A stretch of DNA of 54,650 nt. Source: Acidithiobacillales bacterium SM1_46 (GTDB taxonomy: Bacteria; Pseudomonadota; Gammaproteobacteria; Acidiferrobacterales; Sulfurifustaceae). Position numbers and translations under genes: made by a program. The stretch covers positions 1 through 54,650 of the forward strand of contig LJVB01000001.1 of the NCBI GenBank assembly GCA_001304215.1, given 5' to 3'. Positions 14,617 to 23,300 of this stretch are shown here, in pieces; position 1 is the stretch's first letter, and each line of letters opens with the position of its first letter. Below the pieces are notes generated by a model. The model made no database searches. It was not told where the DNA came from and worked only from the letters and a program-made list of their open reading frames with translations.

Positions 14617-15439
14617 CCAATACACCGAAGCACCTGACCTGCCGATCCGCATGACGCAGGAGTTTTTCAAGGATCTGATCGAGAGCCTTGTCGAGCAACG
14701 ACTGAACAGCCACGCCGCGCTCACCGAGGCCGACGATTGCAAGGAGCTCTACACCGCACTCGCCAAGGCGCAGACTGAAATCAGGAACGCCGAGAAGAAC
14801 ACGGAAAACGAGTTTCTCAACAGCAAGTACGCGAACCTCGCTGCCGTGCTCGATGTCGTGCGCGAGCCGCTGGCCAAGAACGGGCTCGCTGTCGTGCAGC
14901 TTCCGGTGCAGGCTTACAACGATGACGGCACACCGACCTCGAATTACGTGCGCCTGATTACCATGCTGACGCACCAGTCAGGCCAGTCGATCTCGACCGA
15001 GTGGCAGATGTACTGCGAGAAGCCCAACCCCCAGGGCATCGGCTCGACGCTCACCTACATGCGCCGCTACATGCTGTCGGCGATCTGCGCCGTGGCTCAG
15101 GCCGATGACGATGCGCAGGCAGCCATGAAAGACCCGAGTCAGTATGACCGGATCTCGCCGAAGGAAGCCGATGACATTCTGGTCGAGGCTCAAAATCTGT
15201 TCGGCGACGATGGCGACCGTGTCGTTGACCGGATGCTGGCCAAGGTATTCAGCACCAGCGATGTGCCGATCACGCAGGTACGCGACATCCCCGCTGGTCA
15301 GGCTGACGCAGCGATCAATCTGCTCCGCAACCAAGCGAAGCGTGAAGCCGCGCAGAAGCAGCAAGCGGGGCAGGACAAGAAACCGGCCGATAAGAAGCCA
15401 CAGGCGAAGGCGAGCAAGAGTGACGCGGACGAGTCGTAA
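14609..15439 (+). CDS. ERF-family single-strand annealing protein
   Basis: The segment ALAKAQTEIRNAEKNTENEFLNSKYANLAAVLDVVREPLAKNGLAVVQ is a typical ERF N-terminal signature. The tail is Lys/Gln-rich. Confidence 0.8.
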   Translation: MNDQYTEAPDLPIRMTQEFFKDLIESLVEQRLNSHAALTEADDCKELYTALAKAQTEIRNAEKNTENEFLNSKYANLAAVLDVVREPLAKNGLAVVQLPVQAYNDDGTPTSNYVRLITMLTHQSGQSISTEWQMYCEKPNPQGIGSTLTYMRRYMLSAICAVAQADDDAQAAMKDPSQYDRISPKEADDILVEAQNLFGDDGDRVVDRMLAKVFSTSDVPITQVRDIPAGQADAAINLLRNQAKREAAQKQQAGQDKKPADKKPQAKASKSDADES

Positions 15440-16089
15440 TGGACTGCCGCATAGTCACCGTTGAGCAGGGATCCGATGAGTGGTTAGACCTCCGCAGAAA
15501 TCGGATTACCTGCTCCCGCCTCGCCGATGTAATGGCCAAGCCGACAACGAAACGGTATCAGAAATATCGGCATGAGAAAGTCCTCGAGCTCCTCGGTCAC
15601 AAGCATGTCGAGGAGAACCCCGAGTGGGCTCAGCACGGCAGGGAGCACGAGCCTCGTGCGATCGCCGGCTACGAGTTCAAGTACGATGTCGATGTTGAGC
15701 ACAACGTGTTCCTGATCTCGGAGAAATTCGACTGGCTCGCCGGCTCGCCTGACCTCCTGCATCTTCCCAACTACGATGCCGGCGGTGAGGTAAAATGCCG
15801 CGCGCTGTTCAAGAACTACAAGAAGTACCGGGAGATTGCCGAGCAGCACAAAGGCACCACGCGAGCTTGCCCCGCCGAAAACCGGCACCAAGTGCAAGGC
15901 CACATGATGCTGACCGGGTTCTCCTACTGGTGGTTCATCAACTACTACATCGGCGACAACCTCGAAGGCGGCCTCGTGCAGAAGATCCACCGAGTCGCGG
16001 TGCCGAGAGACAACAAGCTGATCGAGCAAATGGAGCACCGCTGTCAGGAATTCATGCTCGAGTGCTATGAACTGGCCGGACTGGCCTAA
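15439..16089 (+). CDS. YqaJ-type (lambda Exo-like) recombination exonuclease
   Basis: The segment QGSDEWLDLRRNRITCSRLADVMA and PD-(D/E)xK-like downstream motifs. The start overlaps the erf stop. Confidence 0.8.
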   Translation: MDCRIVTVEQGSDEWLDLRRNRITCSRLADVMAKPTTKRYQKYRHEKVLELLGHKHVEENPEWAQHGREHEPRAIAGYEFKYDVDVEHNVFLISEKFDWLAGSPDLLHLPNYDAGGEVKCRALFKNYKKYREIAEQHKGTTRACPAENRHQVQGHMMLTGFSYWWFINYYIGDNLEGGLVQKIHRVAVPRDNKLIEQMEHRCQEFMLECYELAGLA

Positions 16090-16104
16090 CGACAAGGAGA
16101 AGCT

Positions 16105-16425
16105 ATGAGCTCAAGACCACCCACAATCCCATTGCAGCAACAGCCACCGAAACTCGAGCAGCCGCCGATCAAGATGTGTCCATGCGGGCAGTTTCCCGAT
16201 GGCCTGCTGATCGAGATGCCGGAGCGCGCCAAGTACGGTCGCGCAATGGGTAGCTGCTGCGGCGACTGGTCCGTAGAGTTTCGCAATAACTACACGCAGG
16301 ATCCGCAGGAGACATTGACGCGGGCGAGCAAGGCATGGAACGATGCCCCCAGGGCGCCGGAATCCGATGTGTTCCCCCCTGAGCCTGCGGCTCCTCCCTC
16401 CGCAGAACCAGAGACGTCGCATTAG
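16105..16425 (+). CDS. Lar-family-like restriction-alleviation candidate (106 aa)
   Basis: Cys pairs CPCG...CCGDW and a terminal ASKAWNDAPR resemble the Lar signature (..AWN.R). It sits immediately after the exo/annealase pair, as lar does in Rac. Confidence 0.4.
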   Translation: MSSRPPTIPLQQQPPKLEQPPIKMCPCGQFPDGLLIEMPERAKYGRAMGSCCGDWSVEFRNNYTQDPQETLTRASKAWNDAPRAPESDVFPPEPAAPPSAEPETSH

Positions 16426-16528
16426 GGGTAGCGATGACGTCTGGAATCTAAAACAACCCCCGGTCGGCTGAGAGGCTGACACCTCGCGTAAGCCGAGCCT
16501 GCTGCGGCTAGTGAAAAGTGCAGGGAGA

Positions 16529-16555
16529 GGGCGCCGAAAGGCGCCCTTTTTATTT
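16529..16555 (+). terminator. rho-independent terminator GGGCGCC-gaaa-GGCGCCC-TTTTTATTT
   Basis: Perfect 7-bp GC stem, GAAA tetraloop and T-run. It lies at the convergence of the plus recombination operon and the end of the late operon, and it overlaps the stop of 16550..16753. Confidence 0.8.
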
Positions 16556-16753
16556 GGCTTGGGCCTGAGCCCTACCCTCGAGACGAGCGACCGCGCGCGA
16601 GATCCCCGGAACCGCCTGAACCTGCTGCTCGAGACCCTCGACCTTGGTCTCGATCTTGGTGATGCGCTTCTCGGTGTGGCGCAGCCCACCGATGATCGCA
16701 AGCACGATCACAATGGTCTGCCCGATGATGGCGGTCCATAACTCAGGGGTCAT
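16550..16753 (-). CDS. small membrane protein, N-terminal TM plus coiled coil (67 aa; start moved to Met44)
   Basis: Sequence starts MTPELWTAIIGQTIVIVLAIIGGL... GGGGAGG RBS. Confidence 0.6.
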   Translation of the reverse strand: MTPELWTAIIGQTIVIVLAIIGGLRHTEKRITKIETKVEGLEQQVQAVPGISRAVARLEGRAQAQAK

Positions 16754-17057
16754 TCTGCCTCCCCAACAGCGCGGCGAAGGCAGCCTCGACACGCTCTCGA
16801 TTTTGCTCGATGTCCTCGGCATTCTCAGAGCCGGTGCGCTTGTTGTCGGCGATCGCTGAATCCATAGCGACGATCTTGGCATCGGTGCCGAGATCCTGGG
16901 CAGCCAGCGCCTCAGCTACATTGACGCTCACGCGCCACTCGAGGATCGCGATGCCGACCGCTGACATGAGCGTGAATGCGGCAATGATCGACGCGAGCAG
17001 CGCCTTGCTGGTAGCGATCGCCTTGGCGGCGTCCTTTACGGTTATCTCCTCACTCAT
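16743..17057 (-). CDS. membrane protein, one central TM (104 aa; start moved to Met8); holin-like candidate
   Basis: TM segment LLASIIAAFTLMSAVGIAILEW. ATGAGTGA overlap with the upstream stop. Confidence 0.55.
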   Translation of the reverse strand: MSEEITVKDAAKAIATSKALLASIIAAFTLMSAVGIAILEWRVSVNVAEALAAQDLGTDAKIVAMDSAIADNKRTGSENAEDIEQNRERVEAAFAALLGRQNDP

Positions 17058-17808
17058 CGTCCTCGTCCTCACTGCCACCCATGAGAGCAGCCCAAGCAGC
17101 GCGCTTTTGCTCCTCCGAGAATGCCGGCTTGGGCTCCGGGGCCGGCGCCCGGACTACTCGCGGGGCTGGCTCCGGCCGTTTCTCGAGGGCCTCGATGCGG
17201 GCGACGAGCTGCTGCTGCTGCATTTGCACCTGCTCGATGTCCTCCTCGTGATACTCCTCGATCTGCATTCGTTGCTCGAGGATCTCGCTGGCGGGCTCCG
17301 GGGCCGGCGCGACCGGCGTGAAGTCGTGAGCCTCCTCACACTCCTCCTCGCTCTCGAATTCCTTGAGGATCTCTTTGACGTTGCACAGCGACATGGCCGC
17401 CAGCTTGTACTTGCCAGCCGTCAGGTAAAACTCAGCCATGCACACCTGATTCAGCACGAGACCCTGCCGTCCGAACACCGGCGTTGACCACTGCGTCGAG
17501 CCGAGGCAGTCAGCAATATCGACATCGCCCAGGCTATTCGCAATGCCGAGCGCCTTGGAGTCGAACTGCATGTTAGTGCTGACGTCACCGCCCTGCACCG
17601 ATACAGGACCAGTCGTAACATCCACCGGCACGTTGACGTCGCCGCCGGTGACGTCAACATCGACAGGCGTATCCACGTTGACATCGACATCGACCTCGTC
17701 GTTTTTGTTGCCGCCGGCCTCGGCGATGTTCCACCCGAAGGCGAACCACAGGATGAATACCGCCCATACCAGCGCGTAGTAGAGCCGAACCTTTGTCTTG
17801 AGAGTCAT
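17050..17808 (-). CDS. membrane-anchored protein with a VDV repeat tract, Cys-containing domain, coiled coil and acidic tail (252 aa)
   Basis: N-terminal TM YYALVWAVFILWFAFGW, then DEVDVDVNVDTPVDVDVTGGDVNVPVDV, and an ending of SEDEDDE. Confidence 0.65.
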   Translation of the reverse strand: MTLKTKVRLYYALVWAVFILWFAFGWNIAEAGGNKNDEVDVDVNVDTPVDVDVTGGDVNVPVDVTTGPVSVQGGDVSTNMQFDSKALGIANSLGDVDIADCLGSTQWSTPVFGRQGLVLNQVCMAEFYLTAGKYKLAAMSLCNVKEILKEFESEEECEEAHDFTPVAPAPEPASEILEQRMQIEEYHEEDIEQVQMQQQQLVARIEALEKRPEPAPRVVRAPAPEPKPAFSEEQKRAAWAALMGGSEDEDDE

Positions 17809-18236
17809 AGGGCCACCAATAATCCGAGGGCTATCAAGCCCCGATGAAACCAGTTATCCATGAAGTGATCGCGCCGCTCGCGCTCGAGCTGCTCCTCGCG
17901 TACCTGAGTGAACTGCTGCTGTAGCTGGCCGGCGTCGATGAGATGGTTATACGCCTTGCTGAGATCCTCGAGGGCCTCGGCGTTCGCTTCGGCAGCCTCG
18001 TAATTGCCGCCAGCAACCACCGTGTATCGCACCAGCGCCTCGAAGCCATCCTTGCTGAATGTCACCGTCTCCTCGGTCGAGGATACGGGAGAGGGCATCT
18101 CAGGCAGCCTGACAGGCTTGGCGACCTCGACCGTCGCGTATTCAAGATCCCACGGCGGGAGCTCAACCGGATCGCTGGCGCACCCGCTCAGACTGCCAAT
18201 CAGAAAGCAGATCGCCCATGTCGTTGTCCTTTTCAT
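17805..18236 (-). CDS. lipoprotein with C-terminal hydrophobic helix (o-spanin or unimolecular-spanin-like)
   Basis: Lipobox LSGC (MKRTTTWAICFLIGSLSGCAS) and C-terminal GLIALGLLVAL. The gene overlaps the i-spanin-like gene by about 74 nt in another frame. Confidence 0.6.
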   Translation of the reverse strand: MKRTTTWAICFLIGSLSGCASDPVELPPWDLEYATVEVAKPVRLPEMPSPVSSTEETVTFSKDGFEALVRYTVVAGGNYEAAEANAEALEDLSKAYNHLIDAGQLQQQFTQVREEQLERERRDHFMDNWFHRGLIALGLLVAL

Positions 18237-18468
18237 CGAGAGCATCGAGCCTCCTCACGGTTTCATCGACTGCCGCCTGCGCGTCAGCCTTGCGCTTCTC
18301 AGCCTTGGCAGCCAGCTTGCGGGCCTTGGCGCTATTCTCGTCGATGCCGGTCTGCAGGATCTCGTCACGCTGCTCCTCGGTGCGCCTGAGCGCCCTCGAG
18401 TCCCGACCCAGGATCGCCAGCGCCGCCGCCAGCAATGCCCCGCCGAGGATGATGAGCCACTTTTTCAA
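18163..18468 (-). CDS. i-spanin-like protein (N-terminal TM plus charged coiled coil, 101 aa)
   Basis: MKKWLIILGGALLAAALAILG followed by an Arg/Glu/Ala/Lys-rich helix. Confidence 0.6.
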   Translation of the reverse strand: MKKWLIILGGALLAAALAILGRDSRALRRTEEQRDEILQTGIDENSAKARKLAAKAEKRKADAQAAVDETVRRLDALDEKDNDMGDLLSDWQSERVRQRSG

Positions 18469-18662
18469 CCGAGATCCTCCGGCTTGAGTACCAGCTCGCG
18501 TTTCATGTAGCCGACCAGCGCCGAAATGAATGTCGTCGTGGTGCTGACCACGGTCGGCGATACCGAGACGGCAGTGAAGTTATCGACGAGCGCCCATATG
18601 GCCGCCATTCCCATGCCGGCCAGCGTAGCTGCGGTGATCGTACTTGATGGCTTCTTAGGCAC
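18465..18662 (-). CDS. small two-TM membrane protein, holin candidate (65 aa, GTG start)
   Basis: AAGGAGG lies 5 nt before the GTG. Hydrophobic segments ITAATLAGMGMAAIWALV and TTFISALVGYM. Confidence 0.5.
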   Translation of the reverse strand: MPKKPSSTITAATLAGMGMAAIWALVDNFTAVSVSPTVVSTTTTFISALVGYMKRELVLKPEDLG

Positions 18663-18677
18663 ATTGACCTCCTTGTC

Positions 18678-18718
18678 AAAAAAGGGTCCGGCGAGAGAAA
18701 CAGCAAAAACCTCGCCGG
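18678..18718 (-). terminator. terminator-like hairpin CCGGCGAG...CTCGCCGG followed by ACCCTTTTTT on the minus strand
   Basis: 8-bp stem, 15-nt loop and a T6 run, in the 90-nt gap between 18753..19121 and the holin-like gene. Confidence 0.4.
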
Positions 18719-18752
18719 CAAGCCCCTGACGCTGTTCTCCTCCGGGGCGCCC

Positions 18753-19121
18753 CTATGAGAAGCGGTTGACGATTTCGTTGTTGAGCGACGCCAGCCTGAC
18801 TGCTGCGCCTGCCCCCTCGAGCGTCAGCGCCTCATTCACGCCAAGGGCACCGGCCGCAACGGTCTGCACACTGAGCACACCATCGTTGCCGGTGGATCCC
18901 TCGACCCCGATGTACTCGCCGACCTCGTAGCCGCCGAGACCGTTTGCCGAATCCGTGACCTCGTCCGGCGTCGGCACTGTATTGAAGCCGATCGTGGTGC
19001 CGGCCACTACCTTGTGCCGGCGGTCAGGACGATTGTCGCCTGCGTTCGCGTAGCGATTGACGCGCCGATTGCGCGAGCCGCTCGCGTTGTTGAATCCCGG
19101 TCGTTTTACTGCCATTGCCAT
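18753..19121 (-). CDS. hypothetical protein with basic N-terminus (122 aa)
   Basis: ORF track. A terminator-like hairpin follows it. Confidence 0.6.
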   Translation of the reverse strand: MAMAVKRPGFNNASGSRNRRVNRYANAGDNRPDRRHKVVAGTTIGFNTVPTPDEVTDSANGLGGYEVGEYIGVEGSTGNDGVLSVQTVAAGALGVNEALTLEGAGAAVRLASLNNEIVNRFS

Positions 19122-19130
19122 ACCTCCTTG

Positions 19131-19589
19131 TCAGTTGGCACTGAGGCCCTGCGGAGCGCCCGGAAGCCGGACATCTATCGTCTTGCAGGACTCGTTCGAT
19201 TGCTGCGACTCCTCGCCATTGGTCGCAATGTGTGTCGCCACGTAGCAATGCACCCCGTTCGGCTGGTTCGCGTCCAAGTAAGTAGTTACCGAAGGCGGCA
19301 CCCGCGCGAGCTCCGTGTAGCTGCGAGGATCCGACATGCCAGTGCCGTCGAGCGGGAACGATTGCTTGTAGAGCACCGTCTCCTCGATCTCCTCGACCGG
19401 CATGGCGGTGCCATCCTCGTACTGCGTCGCATTGGTCCACGAAAGATTGACGTCATTGTCAGCCAGGGCAACGCCGGTAATCAGGCCGAGGCCCACCAGA
19501 ATGCTGTAGATCCACGCCTTGAACCGCTGCCACTGCCGGCGACTCCACACCTTGAGCCGCGCCCACCTGTCCGAAATCCAATCCCTCAT
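19131..19589 (-). CDS. signal-anchored protein with fibronectin type III-like domain (152 aa)
   Basis: TM segment IYSILVGLGLITGVALA, then VNLSWTNATQYEDGTAM...YVATHIATNGEESQQS (FN3-like pattern). Confidence 0.55.
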   Translation of the reverse strand: MRDWISDRWARLKVWSRRQWQRFKAWIYSILVGLGLITGVALADNDVNLSWTNATQYEDGTAMPVEEIEETVLYKQSFPLDGTGMSDPRSYTELARVPPSVTTYLDANQPNGVHCYVATHIATNGEESQQSNESCKTIDVRLPGAPQGLSAN

Positions 19590-20035
19590 AGCAGTCTCCG
19601 CACACCGAGAAGTCGGCTCGAAGCATATCGCGAAACCTTGACCGTGTCGCTTTGGTTGCCGCCTAGCACCTCAATGAGAGCGTCGCTCCTGCCGGCGTAG
19701 AAACCCACATGCCCAGGAGCGTCGATGACCTCCGGCCCCGGCTGGTCTCCCTGCCCGCGCTTGAGAATCACGATGTCGAATCCGGGCTCGGCCTGCTCGA
19801 GCGTGATGCCCTTGCCGACACTGAGCCATGAGCGGGCCCGCAGATCCTTGGATCTCGGCAGCCGGAGCAGCCACGCGATGTAGTTCACGAAGGCCGAGCA
19901 CCACGGCACCTCGTCATTCTCAGGCCACGAGTTGTCGAGCTTGAGCATGGCGAGGATCTGCGGGTTATCGACGCTGCCACCGACCTCCTGAATCCCGGTG
20001 AATCGCTGTGCGATGTCGAATGCGGTCACGTTCAT
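19586..20035 (-). CDS. endolysin candidate, NlpC/P60-CHAP type (TIGR02594-like, 149 aa; start moved to Met98)
   Basis: Catalytic-type Cys in VPWCSAFVNY and His in PGHVGFY. GGAGG RBS. ATGA overlap with the upstream gene. Confidence 0.7.
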   Translation of the reverse strand: MNVTAFDIAQRFTGIQEVGGSVDNPQILAMLKLDNSWPENDEVPWCSAFVNYIAWLLRLPRSKDLRARSWLSVGKGITLEQAEPGFDIVILKRGQGDQPGPEVIDAPGHVGFYAGRSDALIEVLGGNQSDTVKVSRYASSRLLGVRRLL

Positions 20036-20352
20036 AGCGTTATCCTCCGGCGCTCCCGCCATGCGATTTCCTCCGCTGTCAGCGGATTGTCTTGGTGCTG
20101 GCGGGCTTCGACCTCGTAGGGATGATTGCGATAGCCGCCCCAAAATGCTCCGTGCCGCAGCCACAAGAGCGCGTAGGAAATCAGAAACCATAGCCGCCCC
20201 TTGCGCTTCACCTGATAGCAATGCTGCAGCTCGTGCCGGTAGTGCCGATCGCTGACCTCGGACTCCTTGAGGCCAAACCACATCCACGACCAGAACACCA
20301 TGCCCCACCCGCGTCGCATCCACCATGCGTTGTAGACGATTCTGAATTTCAT
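20032..20352 (-). CDS. small Trp-rich membrane-associated protein with HExxH...ExEA motif (106 aa; start moved to Met77)
   Basis: Sequence features: MKFRIVYNAWWMRRGWGMVFWSWMWFGL...RHELQHCYQ...NHPYEVEARQH. GGAGGGAG RBS. Confidence 0.6.
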   Translation of the reverse strand: MKFRIVYNAWWMRRGWGMVFWSWMWFGLKESEVSDRHYRHELQHCYQVKRKGRLWFLISYALLWLRHGAFWGGYRNHPYEVEARQHQDNPLTAEEIAWRERRRITL

Positions 20353-20360
20353 GCTCCCTC

Positions 20361-23300
20361 CTACGGGATCTGAATGGCCATCATGCCGGCATGGATGCGG
20401 AAGAAGCCGTTGCCGCCGCTGGTGCCGTTCTTGGCTGCTCGCAGCGAGAACGTGTGCGGATTGGCGTCCGTCTTGACCAGCGCCATGATCGTGACATAGG
20501 TGCCTGAGCCCTGCGAATTCGCGCCGCCATTGGTCGGAATGACTACCGAGTTGGTGACAACCTGAGCTGCAGTAGCCCATATTGGCTGCGACGTATTCGT
20601 GTTGCTTTCCGTCACCATGCCGTTGACCACCGTGCCAGCATTCGTGGCGAACTGAATCTTGACGTCATCGGCCGAGGGCGCCTGACAATCAAAGACGATG
20701 TAGAGCATGAACGTGCTCGAGACCGGCAGACCAAGGTTCAGAGCACCAGCAAATGTCGTGCCGGTCAGCGTCAGCGAGCCAGTATTGAAGTCGCCTTGGA
20801 TGCCGGCGGGATTACCTTGGCTGGCCAGGACGATGTCATTGCCGGCATCGTCCGTGAACATCAAGCTGTTCGGCGTATCGTTGCGCACCCATAGCTGACC
20901 GTAAGCGGCCGTGTCGCCTTGCGCCGCCGCGCGCTCCTCGAGATAGAGCGTGTAGTCGTTGATGATGACTCGGTCAGATCCGTGATTGACCTCGAACTTG
21001 GTGCTGCCGCCCTCCTGAATGGCAACCAGCCCTGACGTCGCCGTGTTGAGCAGGATGTCGCCGCCCCCGACCAAGTGCTGAATGATTACATTCGTGCCAT
21101 CGGAGTAGATCCTGCCGTCCGCTCCTGCGGTGCCGAGCTGGATCTCGGAGTTGTCCTCCATGATGAGATCTTTGCCGGTCAGGAACGTCATCGCATTGTT
21201 GTTCGCCTGCCACAGCGCCACGCCGCCACCGGCAAAGCCGATCGTGTTGGTCGTGACGTTGTAGAAGCCGGTCGTTGTCGCGCTCGAGAACACGATGCCC
21301 GGAGCTGCTGCGCTTCCGGTCGGAGCCTGCAGCGGCGCACCGAATATGAGATTGTCGATTGCCGCGCCAGTGCGATTGATCGTGATTGCCGGATCGCTCA
21401 CCGTGTTAGCGTCATTGATCGCTACAATCTCGAAGGTTTCCGCTGACGCATGGAGATACCAGCGACCATTGTCTGCCGTCGCATCACTCTCATCGAGAAC
21501 GATTACAGGCCGAGTGTTCGACACCTCGATCGCCGGTGCTGACGGCAGGATGCCAGTCGCAATCGCGAGCGTCGTGCCATCGTAGGTGAAGTTGGCGCTG
21601 CCCTCGATGTCATTGGCCGCTGCCGCACCGACAGCGATCTGATTGTCGGTGATCGAGCCGCCGATCGAGCCGCCGGCTGCCGGCGCAGCCCATGTGCCAT
21701 CAGCTCTCAGGAAGTTTGTCGTGCCACCGCCTGATCCCGGCACGAGTCCCTGCAGCGTAGTCGTGAACTGATCGAGTAGCGCCGTGACCTCGGTGCCAGT
21801 CAGCTCATCGACGATGCCGCCGGCGCCTGCATTGTTACCGAGCAGGACATTGTTGCCGACGACATTTTGCATCTTGGCGTAGGTGACTGCGTCGTTCGCA
21901 ATCGTGGCCGCCTGAGACCCTGACCCTGGGCCTGCGGTTACGTCTCCGGTGAGCTGCGTAATGCCGCCGCCCGGAGGTGCTGCCCATGTGCCATCGGCGC
22001 GCAGGAAGTTAGTCGTACCGCCACCGGATGCCGGTGCCAAGCCGTTCTCGGTGCTGGTGAATATGATCGAGAGAGGGTGATCGCCACCAGCATCGTCGGT
22101 GAACATCAGGGTGTTCGGCGTGTCATTCCGCACCCATACCTGTCCCTGACCGGCGGCAGGAGTATCGTTAGCGGCCTGCTCCGTGTAGAAGAACGGCGCA
22201 TTGGCGCCCACCGTGAACGAGCCGCCTGAGCCAGTGGACCAGCCGGCCGAAATCACCGTTGCCGCTGCCCCCGGATTCGTCAGGTTGTAGGTGTTATTGG
22301 CATCGTCGATGAACCACAGTTGATTCGGAGTGCTGTTGAGAACAGCGAGGCCGCCCCATCCAGTGCCCGGAGCCGTCAAGCTGGTGCGCTCACGCAAGTA
22401 AAGCTGCGGGGCGCCGTTGCCGGCGTCGTTGCCATGACCGATGACGACACTGGTCTCAGTGACTTGCAGCCGGGGCAGAATGTTTCCAGAGCCGTACCAC
22501 TCGTGCCGGTTGCTGGCGTTGTGGCGACAGATGGCAGCGCCACTGGTTGTCACCGAACCCGCGTTCATCGTGATCGAGTAGGTGCCGCCTTGAATGAAGT
22601 TCAGTGTTGCGGTGCCAACATTCAGCGGGTGCGTGATAAGGCTCGACTGCAGCACACCGTTGAGCGGCTGGCCACCAATATCCTCGCGACCGACATAAAT
22701 ACCGAAGGCCGTTGTTGGCGGCGCGACGTAAGGCTGCGGAGTGATCTGGACCTTGCAGGCATCGCCATTCGTGAAGGTGCCGTTGGTTTCAGTCCAGTTG
22801 ATGTAGGCAGCAACGTAGCCTGCGCTGATGGTGGCCGTCTCGTTGATCGAGCCGTAGGCGTAGACAGTCGGATCGTCTGCCTTGACGATGCGGAACAGGA
22901 TGCCGTTGACTGCACCGTTTGTCGGTCCCCAACAGTCGAGCATCCACTGGTAAAGATCGGTGCCGTCACTATCAGTCGTGTCGATAGCAAATTGTTGTGA
23001 CGAACCCGGTCCTCCGGCATTGTTGAACCGGATGTTACCGGGACCAGGATCATTGATCGTCGTGGTTGAGTCGTAGACGTAGTTGAAACTGTCGAAGCCG
23101 CCGCCGCCGCCGGCCGTCAGCGAGTAATCGTTACCGGCCTCGTCGGTGAAGTACAGCAAGCCCGCATCGGCGCTGTTCACCCATAGCTGACCTTTGCCGA
23201 CAATGTCGGTGTCTGCCGCAGCAATCTCGCTCAGATAAAGGCTACCCTCGCTCGAGATGCGCATACGTTCGACAGGCACTTTCGCGCCAGCCGGAGTCGT

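Noticed and set aside
14299-14742. N-terminal 148 codons of track ORF 14140..14742
   Set aside because: This part runs antisense through the intergenic switch and the zinc-finger and ERF genes. Only the terminal 52 codons form a coherent RHH protein with its own start.
19014-19700. 228-aa plus-strand ORF over the lysis region
   Set aside because: It is antisense to three coupled minus-strand genes and has an Arg/Leu/Pro-rich shadow composition.
21675-22035. Duplicated GGGTTNFLRADGTWAAP segments in the fibre gene as a possible DGR template/variable repeat pair (the structural module resembles BPP-1-type phages)
   Set aside because: There is no reverse transcriptase gene in the genome. The two DNA copies differ at all base types, not only at adenines. 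Both copies are in frame inside the same ORF.
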